Positions 1 to 10,633 are shown, counted from the first letter of the stretch. The stretch is 64,000 nt of DNA from an uncultured Dehalococcoidia bacterium (GCA_964458665.1 CAYWOO010000056.1:10821-74820), one strand, 5' to 3'. Numbers and translations are program-made. Notes: a model not told the origin generated them from the sequence alone.

Positions 1-388
1 CGGATGTAGAGCGCTCGGGCCGGTCGTGTTGGCGCCGCTAAACACGAAGTCCGCGGCGCCGCCCGTCACGCTGCTGTTGAATTCGGATGTAGCGATGAGG
101 ACCGAATCGCCCTTCCAACCGTTCGTCACGCCTGACGGGAACGTGAAGGTCGCTAGGAGCGTTGCACCCGCGTCGAAGAACTCGAGCTTGTGACCTGTCA
201 GCGCCGTCTGGCCATTCGCGGACAGGCGCAATTCGACGTACTGGATGTTGTTGTCGCCGTTGAAGCCGCTCATGACGGCGTGAATCCGTATGCAGTGAAA
301 CGCGGCTTCGGCCGTCCGCGCCTGTTGTGCGGCGAAGACGGACAGCGACAGGCAGACGGCGAGAAGCACGGATAGCAAGGAGCGCATG
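1..388 (-). CDS. Secreted protein, N-terminal part; the 3' end runs off the window
   Basis: ATG at 388 (minus strand) preceded by AGGAGA about 7 nt upstream. Translation MRSLLSVLLAVCLSLSVFAAQQA... is a typical signal peptide. A different frame from the track ORF 38..499. Confidence 0.55.
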
Positions 389-521
389 GCCATTCTCCTG
401 ATCGCGGGATGACGATGACGGACCGGCTGACCGAGCCGGGTTTGCGTACGTAACAGCTACTATACGCGCCCCTGCTACGGCCGGACTTGCCTCCGACACA
501 GATATTTCGGAGAAAAGTTCG

Positions 522-1931
522 TCAGACGGCCGCCTCCACGCCTTCCGATGCCGGTGCTGGCGCCGCCCGCGGGGCCTCTGGCGTTGCCGCGCGAGCAGAG
601 GGAGCCGACTGCCTCGGCATCAGCCCCAGCACGCGCGCCAGCGGCCACGCCAGCGCGATGCTCGCCGGCACGTACACCGCCACGAGGAACGTCCACCAGA
701 CGGCGCTGGGGACATCTTCAAGCCGGAGTTGGCTCGCCACCAGCCGCATCGGGTCGTTCACGATGAGCAGCGCGTATGACATCACGCCGACCGTCGTCAG
801 CGCGCGCACCGGTACGCTCACATCGACGCGCGACGGCGGCTTCACGAGCAGCGGCAGGGCGAGCAGCGCCAGCCCCAACGTCACCAGCGGCAGCGCCAGC
901 GATTGCAGATACATGCCCGTACCGCCGGACGTCAGCTCTTCCGCCGTCCATCGCCCGATCCAGAGATCGCCCGCGGTGTGCGCCGCGAAGCCGAGCGCGA
1001 GCGCGCTGCCCAGCACATACGGGTTGCGCACGCGCGCGAGCCAGCGCCGGCCATCTGGCGCGATCAGCAGCCAGCCGATCGCCATGCCCGCGGTGAACTC
1101 GAACAGCCGGAACGGCGCCCAGCCGGTCACGAGAAAGAACTTCAGCTCGAGCGCGCCATACTCGTGTACGATCCACCAATTCGCCAGCACGGAAATGCCG
1201 AACGTCAGCGCGAGAAACGCCACGACGCCGATCTTGCGCATCACGAGGAAGAGCAGCGGGAACAGCAAGTAGTACTGCGCCAGTAGACCGACGAACCACA
1301 GCGCCAGCTGCGGCGCGAAGAACCACTGATCCTCGAACAGCCGCGGCACCAACGCGATGCTCGCCCAGACGACGCCGCTATCGATGAGGATGATCGTGTG
1401 CAGCGAGATCGTCAGGCCATGGCCGAAGTGGTCGGAGAACGAGCCATCGCCGATGCTCGCCTGCCGCCAGGCGATCGCCGAGATCACCGCGTACGTGATC
1501 GCCACGCCGACCCAGTACGGCAGCAGCAGCTTGCAGAAACGCGCGAAGAAGAATCGCGGCCAGCGCAGGCCGTCGCCGGCCCGGTACGCGGCGATGGTTA
1601 GCGATACGCCGCTGATCATCATGAACAGCGGCACACCCTGGAATCCGTCGCGGAAGAAGAGGTCGGTACACGCGGTGAAGACCGCCCACGGGCCGCTCCC
1701 GTGCTGCACCTGCCACGTGAGTTGCTCGTAGTACTCGCGCGGCACGCCAGGGAAGAACTCGAGGTCGCCCCAGAGGTGGAACAGCACCACCCAGAGGATG
1801 GCAACGCCCCGCAGGATGTCGATCGACACCATACGCCCGTGTACTGGCGCACTTTCCGGCTCGTTCAAGAACACTCCCTGACCCATTGCGAGGTTGAAGG
1901 CGACGATACTCCCTTCCAGCCCGAGCTTCAA
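522..1931 (-). CDS. Acyltransferase family 3 (OafA/NolL-like integral membrane O-acyltransferase)
   Basis: 469-aa multi-TM ORF with DILRGVAILWVVLFH motif near the N-terminus. Start uncertain: TTG at 1931, or alternative ATG at about 1832. Confidence 0.7.
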   Translation of the reverse strand: MKLGLEGSIVAFNLAMGQGVFLNEPESAPVHGRMVSIDILRGVAILWVVLFHLWGDLEFFPGVPREYYEQLTWQVQHGSGPWAVFTACTDLFFRDGFQGVPLFMMISGVSLTIAAYRAGDGLRWPRFFFARFCKLLLPYWVGVAITYAVISAIAWRQASIGDGSFSDHFGHGLTISLHTIILIDSGVVWASIALVPRLFEDQWFFAPQLALWFVGLLAQYYLLFPLLFLVMRKIGVVAFLALTFGISVLANWWIVHEYGALELKFFLVTGWAPFRLFEFTAGMAIGWLLIAPDGRRWLARVRNPYVLGSALALGFAAHTAGDLWIGRWTAEELTSGGTGMYLQSLALPLVTLGLALLALPLLVKPPSRVDVSVPVRALTTVGVMSYALLIVNDPMRLVASQLRLEDVPSAVWWTFLVAVYVPASIALAWPLARVLGLMPRQSAPSARAATPEAPRAAPAPASEGVEAAV

Positions 1932-2007
1932 GCCCCCCGCCGCGCCGGTGTCAACGTCGTACGTGTGCTAGCATCGCTTCGGCCACAGTTCGCTGGCCGG
2001 AGGCAGC

Positions 2008-3195
2008 ATGGACTTCCGCTTCGAGCCCGAGGAAGAGGCGTTCCGCGACGAGATCCGCGCGTTCGTCGCCGCCGAGCTGCCGCCGACCTTCGGCAGCTCC
2101 GCCTACAACGACCGCGAGGACGCGCCGAAGGAGCAGGGTGCGCTGGCGAAGGCGTTCCAGGCCAAGCTCGCCGACAAGGGCTGGCTGACGCTGGCGTGGC
2201 CCAAGGAGCACGGCGGGCTGGGCGCCGGCCCCATGCAGCAGCTCGTCTACAACGAAGAGATGTCGCGGCTGCGCGCGCCGGGCTTCGGCGGCATGGGCGT
2301 CGCCATGGTCGGCCCGACGCTGATGATGCACGGCACCGGCGACCAGCGCGAGCGCTTCCTCGGCCGCATCGCCCGCGGCGACATGAACTGGTGCCAGGGC
2401 TTCAGCGAACCGGGCTCCGGCTCGGATCTGGCGTCGCTGCAGACGCGCGCCGTGCTCGATGGCGACGAGTTCGTCGTCAACGGCCAGAAGATGTGGACGT
2501 CGGGAGCACAGCGCGCCGACTACTGCATCCTGCTGGTGCGCACGGATCCGGAAGCGCCGAAGCACCGCGGTATCAGCTATCTGCTGATGGATATGAAGTC
2601 GCCCGGCATCACCATCACACCGCTGACGAACATGCTCAACTCCGCCGCATTCAACCAGATGTTCCTCGATAACGTCCGCATCCCGCGCGCCAACCTCGTC
2701 GGCGAACTCAATCGCGGCTGGTACGTCGCCACGACGACGCTTGATTTCGAGCGGTCGGGGATCCAGCGCATCGTCTTCGCGCAGACGCTGCTCGATGATC
2801 TGATCCGCTACGCAGCGACGCGCCGGCCCGACGGAAGCCGCCAGATCGACGACACGCAAATCCGGCACCGCCTCGCCGAATTACAGATCGAGTTCCACGT
2901 CGGCCGGATCCTCGCCTACCGTGTGGCGTGGATGCAGGGACGCGGTCTGGTGCCGAACTCAGAGGCCTCGATCGCCAAGCTTTACTCAACCGAACTGCAG
3001 TCGCGATTCGCTGCCGCGGCGATCGGCCTCACCGGCCAGGCCGGCGTGCTCGCGCGCGGTTCGGCCCACGCGCCGCTCGATGGCCGGTTCGCGGCCTACT
3101 ATCTCGCGGCCGCGTCCTATACGATCGCGGCGGGCACCTCGGAAGTGCAGCGCAACATCATCGCGCAGCGCGGCCTCGGTCTGCCGCGCACCTAA
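2008..3195 (+). CDS. Acyl-CoA dehydrogenase
   Basis: 395 aa with ACAD-like layout (MDFRFEPEEEAFRDE..., GxG middle domain, C-terminal helical domain). GGAGG RBS 5 nt upstream. Confidence 0.9.
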   Translation: MDFRFEPEEEAFRDEIRAFVAAELPPTFGSSAYNDREDAPKEQGALAKAFQAKLADKGWLTLAWPKEHGGLGAGPMQQLVYNEEMSRLRAPGFGGMGVAMVGPTLMMHGTGDQRERFLGRIARGDMNWCQGFSEPGSGSDLASLQTRAVLDGDEFVVNGQKMWTSGAQRADYCILLVRTDPEAPKHRGISYLLMDMKSPGITITPLTNMLNSAAFNQMFLDNVRIPRANLVGELNRGWYVATTTLDFERSGIQRIVFAQTLLDDLIRYAATRRPDGSRQIDDTQIRHRLAELQIEFHVGRILAYRVAWMQGRGLVPNSEASIAKLYSTELQSRFAAAAIGLTGQAGVLARGSAHAPLDGRFAAYYLAAASYTIAAGTSEVQRNIIAQRGLGLPRT

Positions 3196-3219
3196 CCGCC
3201 ATACACGCAGGAGATCAAC

Positions 3220-4623
3220 ATGCAGCCATGGCTAGGTGACGCGTCCTCCCTCGCCGATAGCATCCGCCACGGCGACGTGCGCTCCGTCGATGCCGTGGAA
3301 GCATCGCTCACTGCGATCGCCGCTTCGAAGCTGAACGCTGTCGCATATCTCGATGCCGAGGGCGCGCGGCGCCGGGCCGCGGAGATCGACCGCCGCGTCG
3401 CCGCGGGCGAGGATCCTGGGCTGCTCGCCGGTGTGCCGCTGCTCGTGAAGGATCTCGAGCACGCGAAGGGCATGCCGACGACGCACGGTTCCATCGTCTA
3501 CAAGGACAACATCGTCGACTTCGACTCGATCGATGTCGGCCGTCTGCGGGCGGCCGGCGCGATCATCATGGGCAAGGCAGCCGCGTCCGAGTTCGGGCTC
3601 GTCGCGTATACCGCGACCAAGCTCCACGGCGTCACGCGCAACCCGTGGAACCTCGAGCGCACGCCGGGGGGATCATCGGGCGGTTCCGCCGCGGCCGTTT
3701 CCGGCGGCCTCGTGCCGGCTGCTACGGCGAGCGATGGCGGCGGCTCGATCCGCATCCCGGCGGGGTACACGGGGCTTGTCGGCATGAAGGGCACCTTCGG
3801 TCGCATCCCGCGCGGCCCGAAAGCCCGCAACGGCCCGTTGACCAGCAACTGGGGCACCGTCGCCCGCACCGTCCGCGACGCTGCTCGCTGGTACGACATC
3901 ACATCCGGCTACCACCCGCGCGACGCCTTCAGCCTGCCGCGCATCGATGGCTGGGAGGAGGGTCTCGGCACGCGCGATATCGCCGGCCTGCGCGTTGCCG
4001 TGGTGCCGGATCTCGGCGCGGCCGTGCTGGAGCGCGAGGTCGCGCGCGTCGTCACGGACGCGGCGGACGTGCTCGTCGCCGAGACGGGCATGCGCTGCGT
4101 TGATGCAAACATCCGGTTTCCGGAGAAGGCGGCCGCGTGGCTGAACGCCGGCGCGCCGGGGCTGTACAACGACCTCAAGCAGTTCTGGCCCGACTGCCGC
4201 GACGACCTCACGTACGAGATCCGCGTTGGCATGGAGTTCATGGAAAACTATCGCATCTGGCATGCGGCGTCGGTCGATCGCTTTCGCGCCGATTTGAACG
4301 AGCTGATGGCCGACATCTTCGAGCAAGTCGACATTGTGCTCTGCGCCACGAGCCCGCAGGAGGCGTTCGCCGCCGAAGGCCCGACGCCCAGCCGCGTCGA
4401 TGGCGAGCGCGTCGGCCGCAACAACAACGGCGCGCTGACGATCCCGGCCAACATCAGCGGCTACCCCGCAATCAGCATTCCCGCCGGACTCACCGTCAAC
4501 GGCTTGCCCGTCGGACTGCAGGCGATGACGCGTCGTCACGAAGACGCGCTGCTGCTCGACCTGGCGCTGACGATGGAGCGCACGCGCCCGTGGCCCCTCG
4601 TGGCACCGGACGCGCCGATCTAG
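3220..4623 (+). CDS. Amidase (amidase-signature family)
   Basis: GGSSGGSAAAVSGGLVPAATASDGGGSIRIPA amidase signature. AGGAG RBS. Confidence 0.9.
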   Translation: MQPWLGDASSLADSIRHGDVRSVDAVEASLTAIAASKLNAVAYLDAEGARRRAAEIDRRVAAGEDPGLLAGVPLLVKDLEHAKGMPTTHGSIVYKDNIVDFDSIDVGRLRAAGAIIMGKAAASEFGLVAYTATKLHGVTRNPWNLERTPGGSSGGSAAAVSGGLVPAATASDGGGSIRIPAGYTGLVGMKGTFGRIPRGPKARNGPLTSNWGTVARTVRDAARWYDITSGYHPRDAFSLPRIDGWEEGLGTRDIAGLRVAVVPDLGAAVLEREVARVVTDAADVLVAETGMRCVDANIRFPEKAAAWLNAGAPGLYNDLKQFWPDCRDDLTYEIRVGMEFMENYRIWHAASVDRFRADLNELMADIFEQVDIVLCATSPQEAFAAEGPTPSRVDGERVGRNNNGALTIPANISGYPAISIPAGLTVNGLPVGLQAMTRRHEDALLLDLALTMERTRPWPLVAPDAPI

Positions 4624-4701
4624 TGGGAGTCGGGCGACTGGCCGCGGCTCATCGAACGTACTCGCGTAGCCTTAGCTGCGCCCAATCGTAGGCCAAGAAG
4701 A

Positions 4702-5595
4702 GTGGAGACCCAACCGATCCGCCCGCGCGTGTACCTGATCGACGGGACGTACGAACTGTTCCGCCACTTCTTCGCGATACCGAGCGAGAAGGCCGCCGAC
4801 GGCACGGAAGTGGCGGCGGTGCGCGGCGTGCTCGCGTCGGTCATCTCGCTGTTGCGCGACGATGTCACACACATCGCCGTCGCCACCGATCACGTCATCG
4901 AGTCATTCCGAAACGGCCTCTGGCCCGGCTACAAGACCGGCGCCGGCATCGACCCGGAGCTGCACGCGCAGTTTCCCATCCTCGAAGAGGCGCTCACCCT
5001 GCTGGGCGTCGTCGTCTGGGCGATGACGGAGTACGAGGCAGACGATGCGCTCGCGGCAGGCGCCGCCCAGGCCGCGGCGCACGCCGAACAGGTGTTGATA
5101 TGCACGCCCGACAAGGATCTCGCGCAGTGCGTCGTGGGGGATCATGTCGTGCAGTTCGACCGCCGCGCACGGCGCATGATTAACGAAGATGGAGTCGTCG
5201 CGAAGTTCGGCGTGCTGCCGACGTCGATACCCGACTATCTCGCGCTCGTAGGCGACAGCGCCGACGGCTTTCCCGGCCTGCCCGGCTGGGGCGCGAAGTC
5301 GGCCGCAGCGGTACTCGCAAAGTTCATCCACATCGAGGCCATACCGGAAGATCCGGCGGCCTGGGGCGTGGCGGTGCGAAGTGCGCCGTCGCTGGCCGCG
5401 ACGCTCGCCGAGCAGCGAGATCTTGCGATGCTGTTCAAGGACCTCGCGACGCTCCGCACGGCGCTGCCGATCGATGCGTCATCTGTCGCGCTCCGCTGGC
5501 AGTCGCCGCGCCCCGAATTCAGCAGGTTCGCCGAGTACCTCGATGCGCCGCAACTGGCCGAGCAGATCGCGGCTGTTGCGGAATCGCGCCGCTGA
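4702..5595 (+). CDS. 5'-3' exonuclease (FEN/PIN-like, Pol I N-terminal domain-like)
   Basis: GTG start. YLIDGTYELFRHFFA, YKTG...EADDAL motifs typical of 5'-3' exonuclease family. Confidence 0.8.
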   Translation: METQPIRPRVYLIDGTYELFRHFFAIPSEKAADGTEVAAVRGVLASVISLLRDDVTHIAVATDHVIESFRNGLWPGYKTGAGIDPELHAQFPILEEALTLLGVVVWAMTEYEADDALAAGAAQAAAHAEQVLICTPDKDLAQCVVGDHVVQFDRRARRMINEDGVVAKFGVLPTSIPDYLALVGDSADGFPGLPGWGAKSAAAVLAKFIHIEAIPEDPAAWGVAVRSAPSLAATLAEQRDLAMLFKDLATLRTALPIDASSVALRWQSPRPEFSRFAEYLDAPQLAEQIAAVAESRR

Positions 5596-5650
5596 TCCGC
5601 CCCCGACCACATTTCCTACCATCAAGAATCTGTGCCAATCTGTGAAATCT

Positions 5651-6187
5651 GTGGACGATCAACCCCTCTACCACTTCAGCGAAGAGCCGGACATCGCCGT
5701 CTTCGACCCGCGGTCGCCGCCTGCGCGACGCGAGGTCGAGCCGCTCGTCTGGGCGATCGATGCATGGCACGCGCCGATGTACTACGTGCCGCGCGAGTGC
5801 CCGCGCGCCTGCTTCTGGCCGGGTCCGCGCACGTCGGACGAGGATCGCGAACGCTGGTTCGGCGGCATCGAAGCGAAGATGGTGATCGCCATCGAGTCGG
5901 CGTGGCTTGAGCGCGTGCGCGCGACGCAGCTCTACCGCTACACGATGCTGCCGGCGACGTTCGCGCCAAACGGCGACTCGGCCGGCCACTTCGTCAGCCG
6001 CGAACGGGTCGCGCCGCTGAGCGTCGAACCCGTCGGCGACCTGCTTGCCGCGCTCGCGGCGTCGAATGTCGAACTGCGCATCACGCCGCGACTCGTCCCG
6101 CTCTGGCAGCGCGTCATCGCATCAACGCTGGAGTTTTCGGGTACAAGGCTGCGGAATGCTGAGGGGTGGGGCGAAGCGTTCGCCTGA
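5651..6187 (+). CDS. Hypothetical protein
   Basis: Frame continues from a longer junk N-terminus. GTG at 5651 (or 5642) lies after the exonuclease stop. No family recognised (PLYHFSEEPDIAVFDP...). Confidence 0.45.
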   Translation: MDDQPLYHFSEEPDIAVFDPRSPPARREVEPLVWAIDAWHAPMYYVPRECPRACFWPGPRTSDEDRERWFGGIEAKMVIAIESAWLERVRATQLYRYTMLPATFAPNGDSAGHFVSRERVAPLSVEPVGDLLAALAASNVELRITPRLVPLWQRVIASTLEFSGTRLRNAEGWGEAFA

Positions 6188-6221
6188 TGGCCTGACGCGC
6201 TGACTAGCTGACGGCTTTCTG

Positions 6222-7085
6222 CTAGTCGAACACGACCGTCTTGTTGCCGTACACCAGGACGCGGTTCCGCAGGTGCAGGTCGACCGCGCGCGCCAGCACG
6301 ACGCGCTCGAGATCGCGGCCTTTGCGCACGAGGTCGGCGACCGAATCGCGGTGACTCACGGGCGCGACACCCTGGTCGATGATCGGGCCCTGGTCCAGCT
6401 CCGGCGTCGCGTAGTGCGCGGTGGCGCCGATGATCTTGACGCCGCGTTCGTGCGCCTGGTGGTATGGGCGCGCGCCGGCGAACGCTGGCAAGAACGAGTG
6501 GTGGATGTTGATGATGCGGTTCGGATACCGCCGCACAACATCGTCGCTGAGCACCTGCATGTAGCGCGCCAGGATCACGAGATCGATGCGGTGCGACTCC
6601 AGCAGCGCGACGATCTGCGCCTCCTGGGCGGCCTTGTCGCCGTTCGCGACCGGCAGATGCTCGTACGCAACGCCGAACTCCTCGACGATCGCGCGCCCGT
6701 CCGGGTGGTTGCTGATGACGACGGGAATCTCCGCATGAATCTCGCCCATTCGCCAGCGGGCGAGGATGTCGTACATGCAGTGGTGCATCTTCGATACGAG
6801 TAGCGCGACGCGAGGTACCTCATCGGAGAAGCGCAGGCTCCACTTCATGTCGAACCGCTCCGCGATCGACCGGAAGGCCGTCTCGATTTCGCTCCGGGCG
6901 ATCGCGAACCCGTCCAGCTCGAACTCGACGCGCTGGAGGAAGACGATCTCTTCAAGGTCCGTGTGCTGGTCGGCGTGGACGATGTTGCCGTCGTTCCGAT
7001 AGAGGAAGTCGGAGACGGCCGCCACCAGCCCCTTCTGGTCGCGGCAAGAGATCAGCAGCGTCGCGGTGACGTGTTCGTTCGCCAT
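6222..7085 (-). CDS. purU: Formyltetrahydrofolate deformylase
   Basis: 287 aa from MANEHVTATLLISC (ACT domain) plus a formyl-transferase domain (HHSFLPAF, GATAHY). The longer track ORF to 7163 is probably an N-terminal over-extension. Confidence 0.85.
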   Translation of the reverse strand: MANEHVTATLLISCRDQKGLVAAVSDFLYRNDGNIVHADQHTDLEEIVFLQRVEFELDGFAIARSEIETAFRSIAERFDMKWSLRFSDEVPRVALLVSKMHHCMYDILARWRMGEIHAEIPVVISNHPDGRAIVEEFGVAYEHLPVANGDKAAQEAQIVALLESHRIDLVILARYMQVLSDDVVRRYPNRIINIHHSFLPAFAGARPYHQAHERGVKIIGATAHYATPELDQGPIIDQGVAPVSHRDSVADLVRKGRDLERVVLARAVDLHLRNRVLVYGNKTVVFD

Positions 7086-7255
7086 TAGGAGGGACGATAA
7101 CATGCGCCGAAGGCGAGGGCTGTCGGGGAGACCGAGCATCGCGGTCCCTCGATTCCAGAACATTTGCCCTCAGCCGAACCAAAGATATATGCTCGCACCA
7201 CGGCGTCACCGACGACCGATGACCGTCGACCGGCGCCCGCACCCGGAGGTGCACC

Positions 7256-8356
7256 ATGAAGTTCGGCGTCTTCTACGAACTGTCCGTGCCGCGGCCGTGG
7301 ACACGCGAGTCCGAGCGCGACGTCTATATGAACGCGCTGGAGCAGGTGCGCCTCGCCGACGAGCTGGGCTTCGACCAGGTCTGGTGCGTCGAGCATCACT
7401 TCCTCGAGGAGTACTCGCACTCGTCCGCGCCCGAGCTGTTCCTCACGGCGTGCGCGATGCAAACGAAGAACATTCGCGTCGGGCACGGCATCGTCGTCTG
7501 CGTGCCGCAGTTCAACCACCCGATCCGCATCGCCGAGCGCGCCGCCGTTTTGGATATTCTCTCCGGCGGCCGACTTGAGGTTGGCACCGGCCGCTCCGCA
7601 ACGTGGACGGAGTTGGCGGGGTTCCAGGCGAACCCCGACGACACGAAGAAGACGTGGGACGAGATTGTCCGCGTGCTGCCGAAGATGTGGATGCAGGAAC
7701 GCTTCAGCTATCAGGGCGAGGCGTTCTCGATGCCGTCGCGCGCGATCCTTCCGAAGCCGTATCAGAAGCCGCATCCGCCCATGTGGGTCGCCGTCACAAG
7801 CCCCGGCACGGAGCTGGACGCGGCGGACCGCGGGCTCGGCAGCCTCGGCCTGACGTTCGGCGGCATCGCCGAGCAGGAGCACAAGATCGCCGAGTACCGC
7901 CGCCGCATCAAGTCGTGCGATCCCGTTGGCGCGTTCGTGAACGAGCAGGTGAACACGGTCAACTTTCTCTACTGCCACGACGACGCCGAGACGGGCATCA
8001 AGACCGGCCAGCGCCTCGCTGGAACATTCAGCTACCTTGCCGCGCAGCTCCTCGCGGCGCGCGAGGCGTATCCGACGCGCTCGTACCCGTCGCAGGGTCT
8101 GCTGCCACAGCTGCGCCAGGAATCGCAGAGCCCGGGCGAGGGCGGCCGCGTGCCCGAGGGCATCTGCATCGGCGACCCGCACCGCATCGCGCAGGTCGTG
8201 CGCGGCTGGGAGTCCGTCGGCGTCGACCGCATCAACTTCCTGCTGAACGCCGCCGAGACGGTACCGCAAGCACAAGTGCTCGACAGCCTGCGCCTATTCG
8301 CAAAGGAAGTAATGCCGCAATTCCAGAACGCCCCCGCCGCGGCCGTCGCCGGATAA
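7256..8356 (+). CDS. LLM-class (luciferase-like) flavin/F420-dependent oxidoreductase
   Basis: MKFGVFYELSVPRPW... luciferase-like monooxygenase fold. GGAGG RBS 7 nt upstream. Confidence 0.85.
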   Translation: MKFGVFYELSVPRPWTRESERDVYMNALEQVRLADELGFDQVWCVEHHFLEEYSHSSAPELFLTACAMQTKNIRVGHGIVVCVPQFNHPIRIAERAAVLDILSGGRLEVGTGRSATWTELAGFQANPDDTKKTWDEIVRVLPKMWMQERFSYQGEAFSMPSRAILPKPYQKPHPPMWVAVTSPGTELDAADRGLGSLGLTFGGIAEQEHKIAEYRRRIKSCDPVGAFVNEQVNTVNFLYCHDDAETGIKTGQRLAGTFSYLAAQLLAAREAYPTRSYPSQGLLPQLRQESQSPGEGGRVPEGICIGDPHRIAQVVRGWESVGVDRINFLLNAAETVPQAQVLDSLRLFAKEVMPQFQNAPAAAVAG

Positions 8357-8437
8357 TTTCTCGGCGGCGAGGCGTTAGGTGACACGGGCTGTCGGCGTAA
8401 CGTTGTTGTAGCCGCGCCAACCCCGCACAATCTTGCT

Positions 8438-8956
8438 ATGCCGCCAGATGCCTCTTCCGATGCCAGTACGCCGCTCGCGCGGATGTTCATGTACAACGAC
8501 TGGGCGAACGGGCGCGTCATCGACGTCTGCCGGAACCTCACCGAGGCGCAGCTCGACGCGCCGGACAGCAACGTCTTCGGATCGATACGCCAGACACTGC
8601 TGCACGTGGTGTGCGGACAGTACTCGTTTCTCGCGCGACTCGATGGCAATGCGCAGGATCCGCGAGCACTCGCTCCGCAGTGGCCCGAGTTCGAAGCGCT
8701 GATGGTGATCGCGGCGGAAACTAGCGAGGCTCTTCCTGCGGCGGCGAGCGCGCTCGACGTAGACGCCGATGTCGTGCTTTCGTATCAGCGCAAGGGCCAT
8801 CGCTATCCGAAGAGCTTCTTCCTGCTGCACGCGATTCAGCACGGCATCGAGCACCGAACGCAAATTGGAGTGATGCTCGCGCAGCTCGGGCATGAGGCGC
8901 CGAATCTCGATGGCTGGGCGTTCGCGGAGCACGCGGGACTGGGAGAGGAAGTATGA
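8438..8956 (+). CDS. DinB/YfiT-family (DinB_2-like) protein
   Basis: MFMYNDWANGRV... and C-terminal HAIQHGIEHR four-helix DinB-like motifs. Confidence 0.8.
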   Translation: MPPDASSDASTPLARMFMYNDWANGRVIDVCRNLTEAQLDAPDSNVFGSIRQTLLHVVCGQYSFLARLDGNAQDPRALAPQWPEFEALMVIAAETSEALPAAASALDVDADVVLSYQRKGHRYPKSFFLLHAIQHGIEHRTQIGVMLAQLGHEAPNLDGWAFAEHAGLGEEV

Positions 8957-9786
8957 AGTTCGGGTTCGTGTTGCCCACAGGTGATGCGCGTGTCGCTGCT
9001 GATCTCGCGCATGAGGCGGAGCAGGCGGGCTGGGATGGCTTCTTCGTCTGGGAGCCCGTGTGGGGGGTCGACGCGTGGGTATCGCTGACGGCCGCCGCGA
9101 TGCGCACCGAACGCATTCGCCTGGGCACGATGCTGTCGCCTGTGTCGCGGATGCGGCCGTGGAAGCTCGCCAGCGAGACCGCAACGCTCGATGACCTCTC
9201 TGGCGGGCGCGTCATCCTGTCCGTTGGCCTCGGCGCGACCGACACCGGGTTCGAGAACTTCGGCGAGGCGACCGATCGCAAACAGCGCGCCGAGCTGCTG
9301 GATGAAGGGCTGGACGTGCTGACGGGTCTGTGGCGCGGCCAGCCGTTCTCCCACAACGGCCAGCACTACCACGTCACTCCCACTGCGTTCGCGCCCGCGC
9401 CCGCGCTTGTCCAGCAGCCGCGCATTCCTATCTGGGTAGTGGGTGCGTGGCCGTTCGAGGCATCGATGCGTCGCGCCCTCCGCTACGACGGCCTGATCCC
9501 GACGGTGCGCAGCGATAAGGGCGCCATGCGCCAGCCTGAGGCGGACGAATTACGCGAAATCGCGGCTCGGGTCGCCGAGCGTCGCGTCGATGCTCGGCCG
9601 TTCGACATCATCGTTGAAGGCACGACATCGACGTCTGATCCTGCGCGCGCGGCGGCGAAGGTCCTGCCCTGGCGCGATGCTGGTGCGACCTGGTTCCTCG
9701 AAGCGCGGTGGGGTGGAAAGGAGGGCCCTGACGGGATCGACCAGCTCCGCCGCCGCATCGTCGCAGGCCCGCCACGTATCGGCTAG
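8953..9786 (+). CDS. LLM-class oxidoreductase, probably F420-dependent
   Basis: MKFGFVLPTGD... short luciferase-like protein. Start ATG overlaps the DinB stop (ATGA). Confidence 0.85.
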   Translation: MKFGFVLPTGDARVAADLAHEAEQAGWDGFFVWEPVWGVDAWVSLTAAAMRTERIRLGTMLSPVSRMRPWKLASETATLDDLSGGRVILSVGLGATDTGFENFGEATDRKQRAELLDEGLDVLTGLWRGQPFSHNGQHYHVTPTAFAPAPALVQQPRIPIWVVGAWPFEASMRRALRYDGLIPTVRSDKGAMRQPEADELREIAARVAERRVDARPFDIIVEGTTSTSDPARAAAKVLPWRDAGATWFLEARWGGKEGPDGIDQLRRRIVAGPPRIG

Positions 9787-9864
9787 CGCCCCGCGAGGCC
9801 ACGCGACACACTGCGTCCGAACGCCGCCTCCGACGACGGATGACCGACGACTGGAGCCCGAACC

Positions 9865-10608
9865 ATGGTCCTCATCGGCACTCGCGACATCGCAGCACTG
9901 CTCGAACGTGCGCCGCTCCTCGACAACCTTGATGCCGAAGCGTGGGAAGTCGAGGGCGTCGAGCTGCTGCACCTCCGCTACGAGATCAACGACAGTAATC
10001 GCGAGGCGCTGCTACCGCGCGCGCTGCATCCGACTATCCCGGCCACGGTGATCTTCACGGCCGCGCGCTACCCGGACAGCCCGGTGGGTTCCTTCATGCT
10101 GGCGCAGGTGCGCATCGGTTGCCGCTCCGCCGCACTGCCGCGCGGCTTCCTGCTGCGCGCATACACCGACTCGCCGGCGGCGGCCGACGCGCTCGCGCGC
10201 CGCTGGGGCTACGCGTGCGACATCGGCGATGTGAAGATCGCCCGTTATCACGACCGCATCGTCGCAACGGTTACGAAGGATGGGACGGATATCCTGCGCG
10301 CGTCGCTCGTCGACCCCGAGCCGATCTCCGGCGGCGATGTGCAGTACGTGGCGAATATGAACCTCGCCCGCCAGAGGGACGGCGAGCCAGTGCTCGTGCA
10401 GGTTGACCCGGAGTATCGTTTCCACCGCGCCGAGCGCGGCCGCTGCGAATTAGGTGCGTTCGATCGCGCGGCGTGGTCCGCCGAGGGCGTTGATCCGGTC
10501 TATCCCATCATCGCGTCGTTCACGCAATGCGATACCGGCTTCCCGGTGATCCGCTTCGTGCTCGATCCGGGTAAGACGGCCATCGAAGGCACGCGAAAGA
10601 TTCGCTAG
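9865..10608 (+). CDS. Hypothetical protein (possibly acetoacetate-decarboxylase-like fold)
   Basis: 247-aa ORF with good coding signature. Family assignment is weak. Confidence 0.5.
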   Translation: MVLIGTRDIAALLERAPLLDNLDAEAWEVEGVELLHLRYEINDSNREALLPRALHPTIPATVIFTAARYPDSPVGSFMLAQVRIGCRSAALPRGFLLRAYTDSPAAADALARRWGYACDIGDVKIARYHDRIVATVTKDGTDILRASLVDPEPISGGDVQYVANMNLARQRDGEPVLVQVDPEYRFHRAERGRCELGAFDRAAWSAEGVDPVYPIIASFTQCDTGFPVIRFVLDPGKTAIEGTRKIR

Positions 10609-10633
10609 AGGCGGGAGCTTGAGGCTACGTCGA

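Noticed and set aside
38-499. 153-aa minus-strand ORF at the window start
   Set aside because: Arg-rich junk frame. The alternative frame starting at 388 has an AGGAGA RBS and a textbook signal peptide, so that one was called instead.
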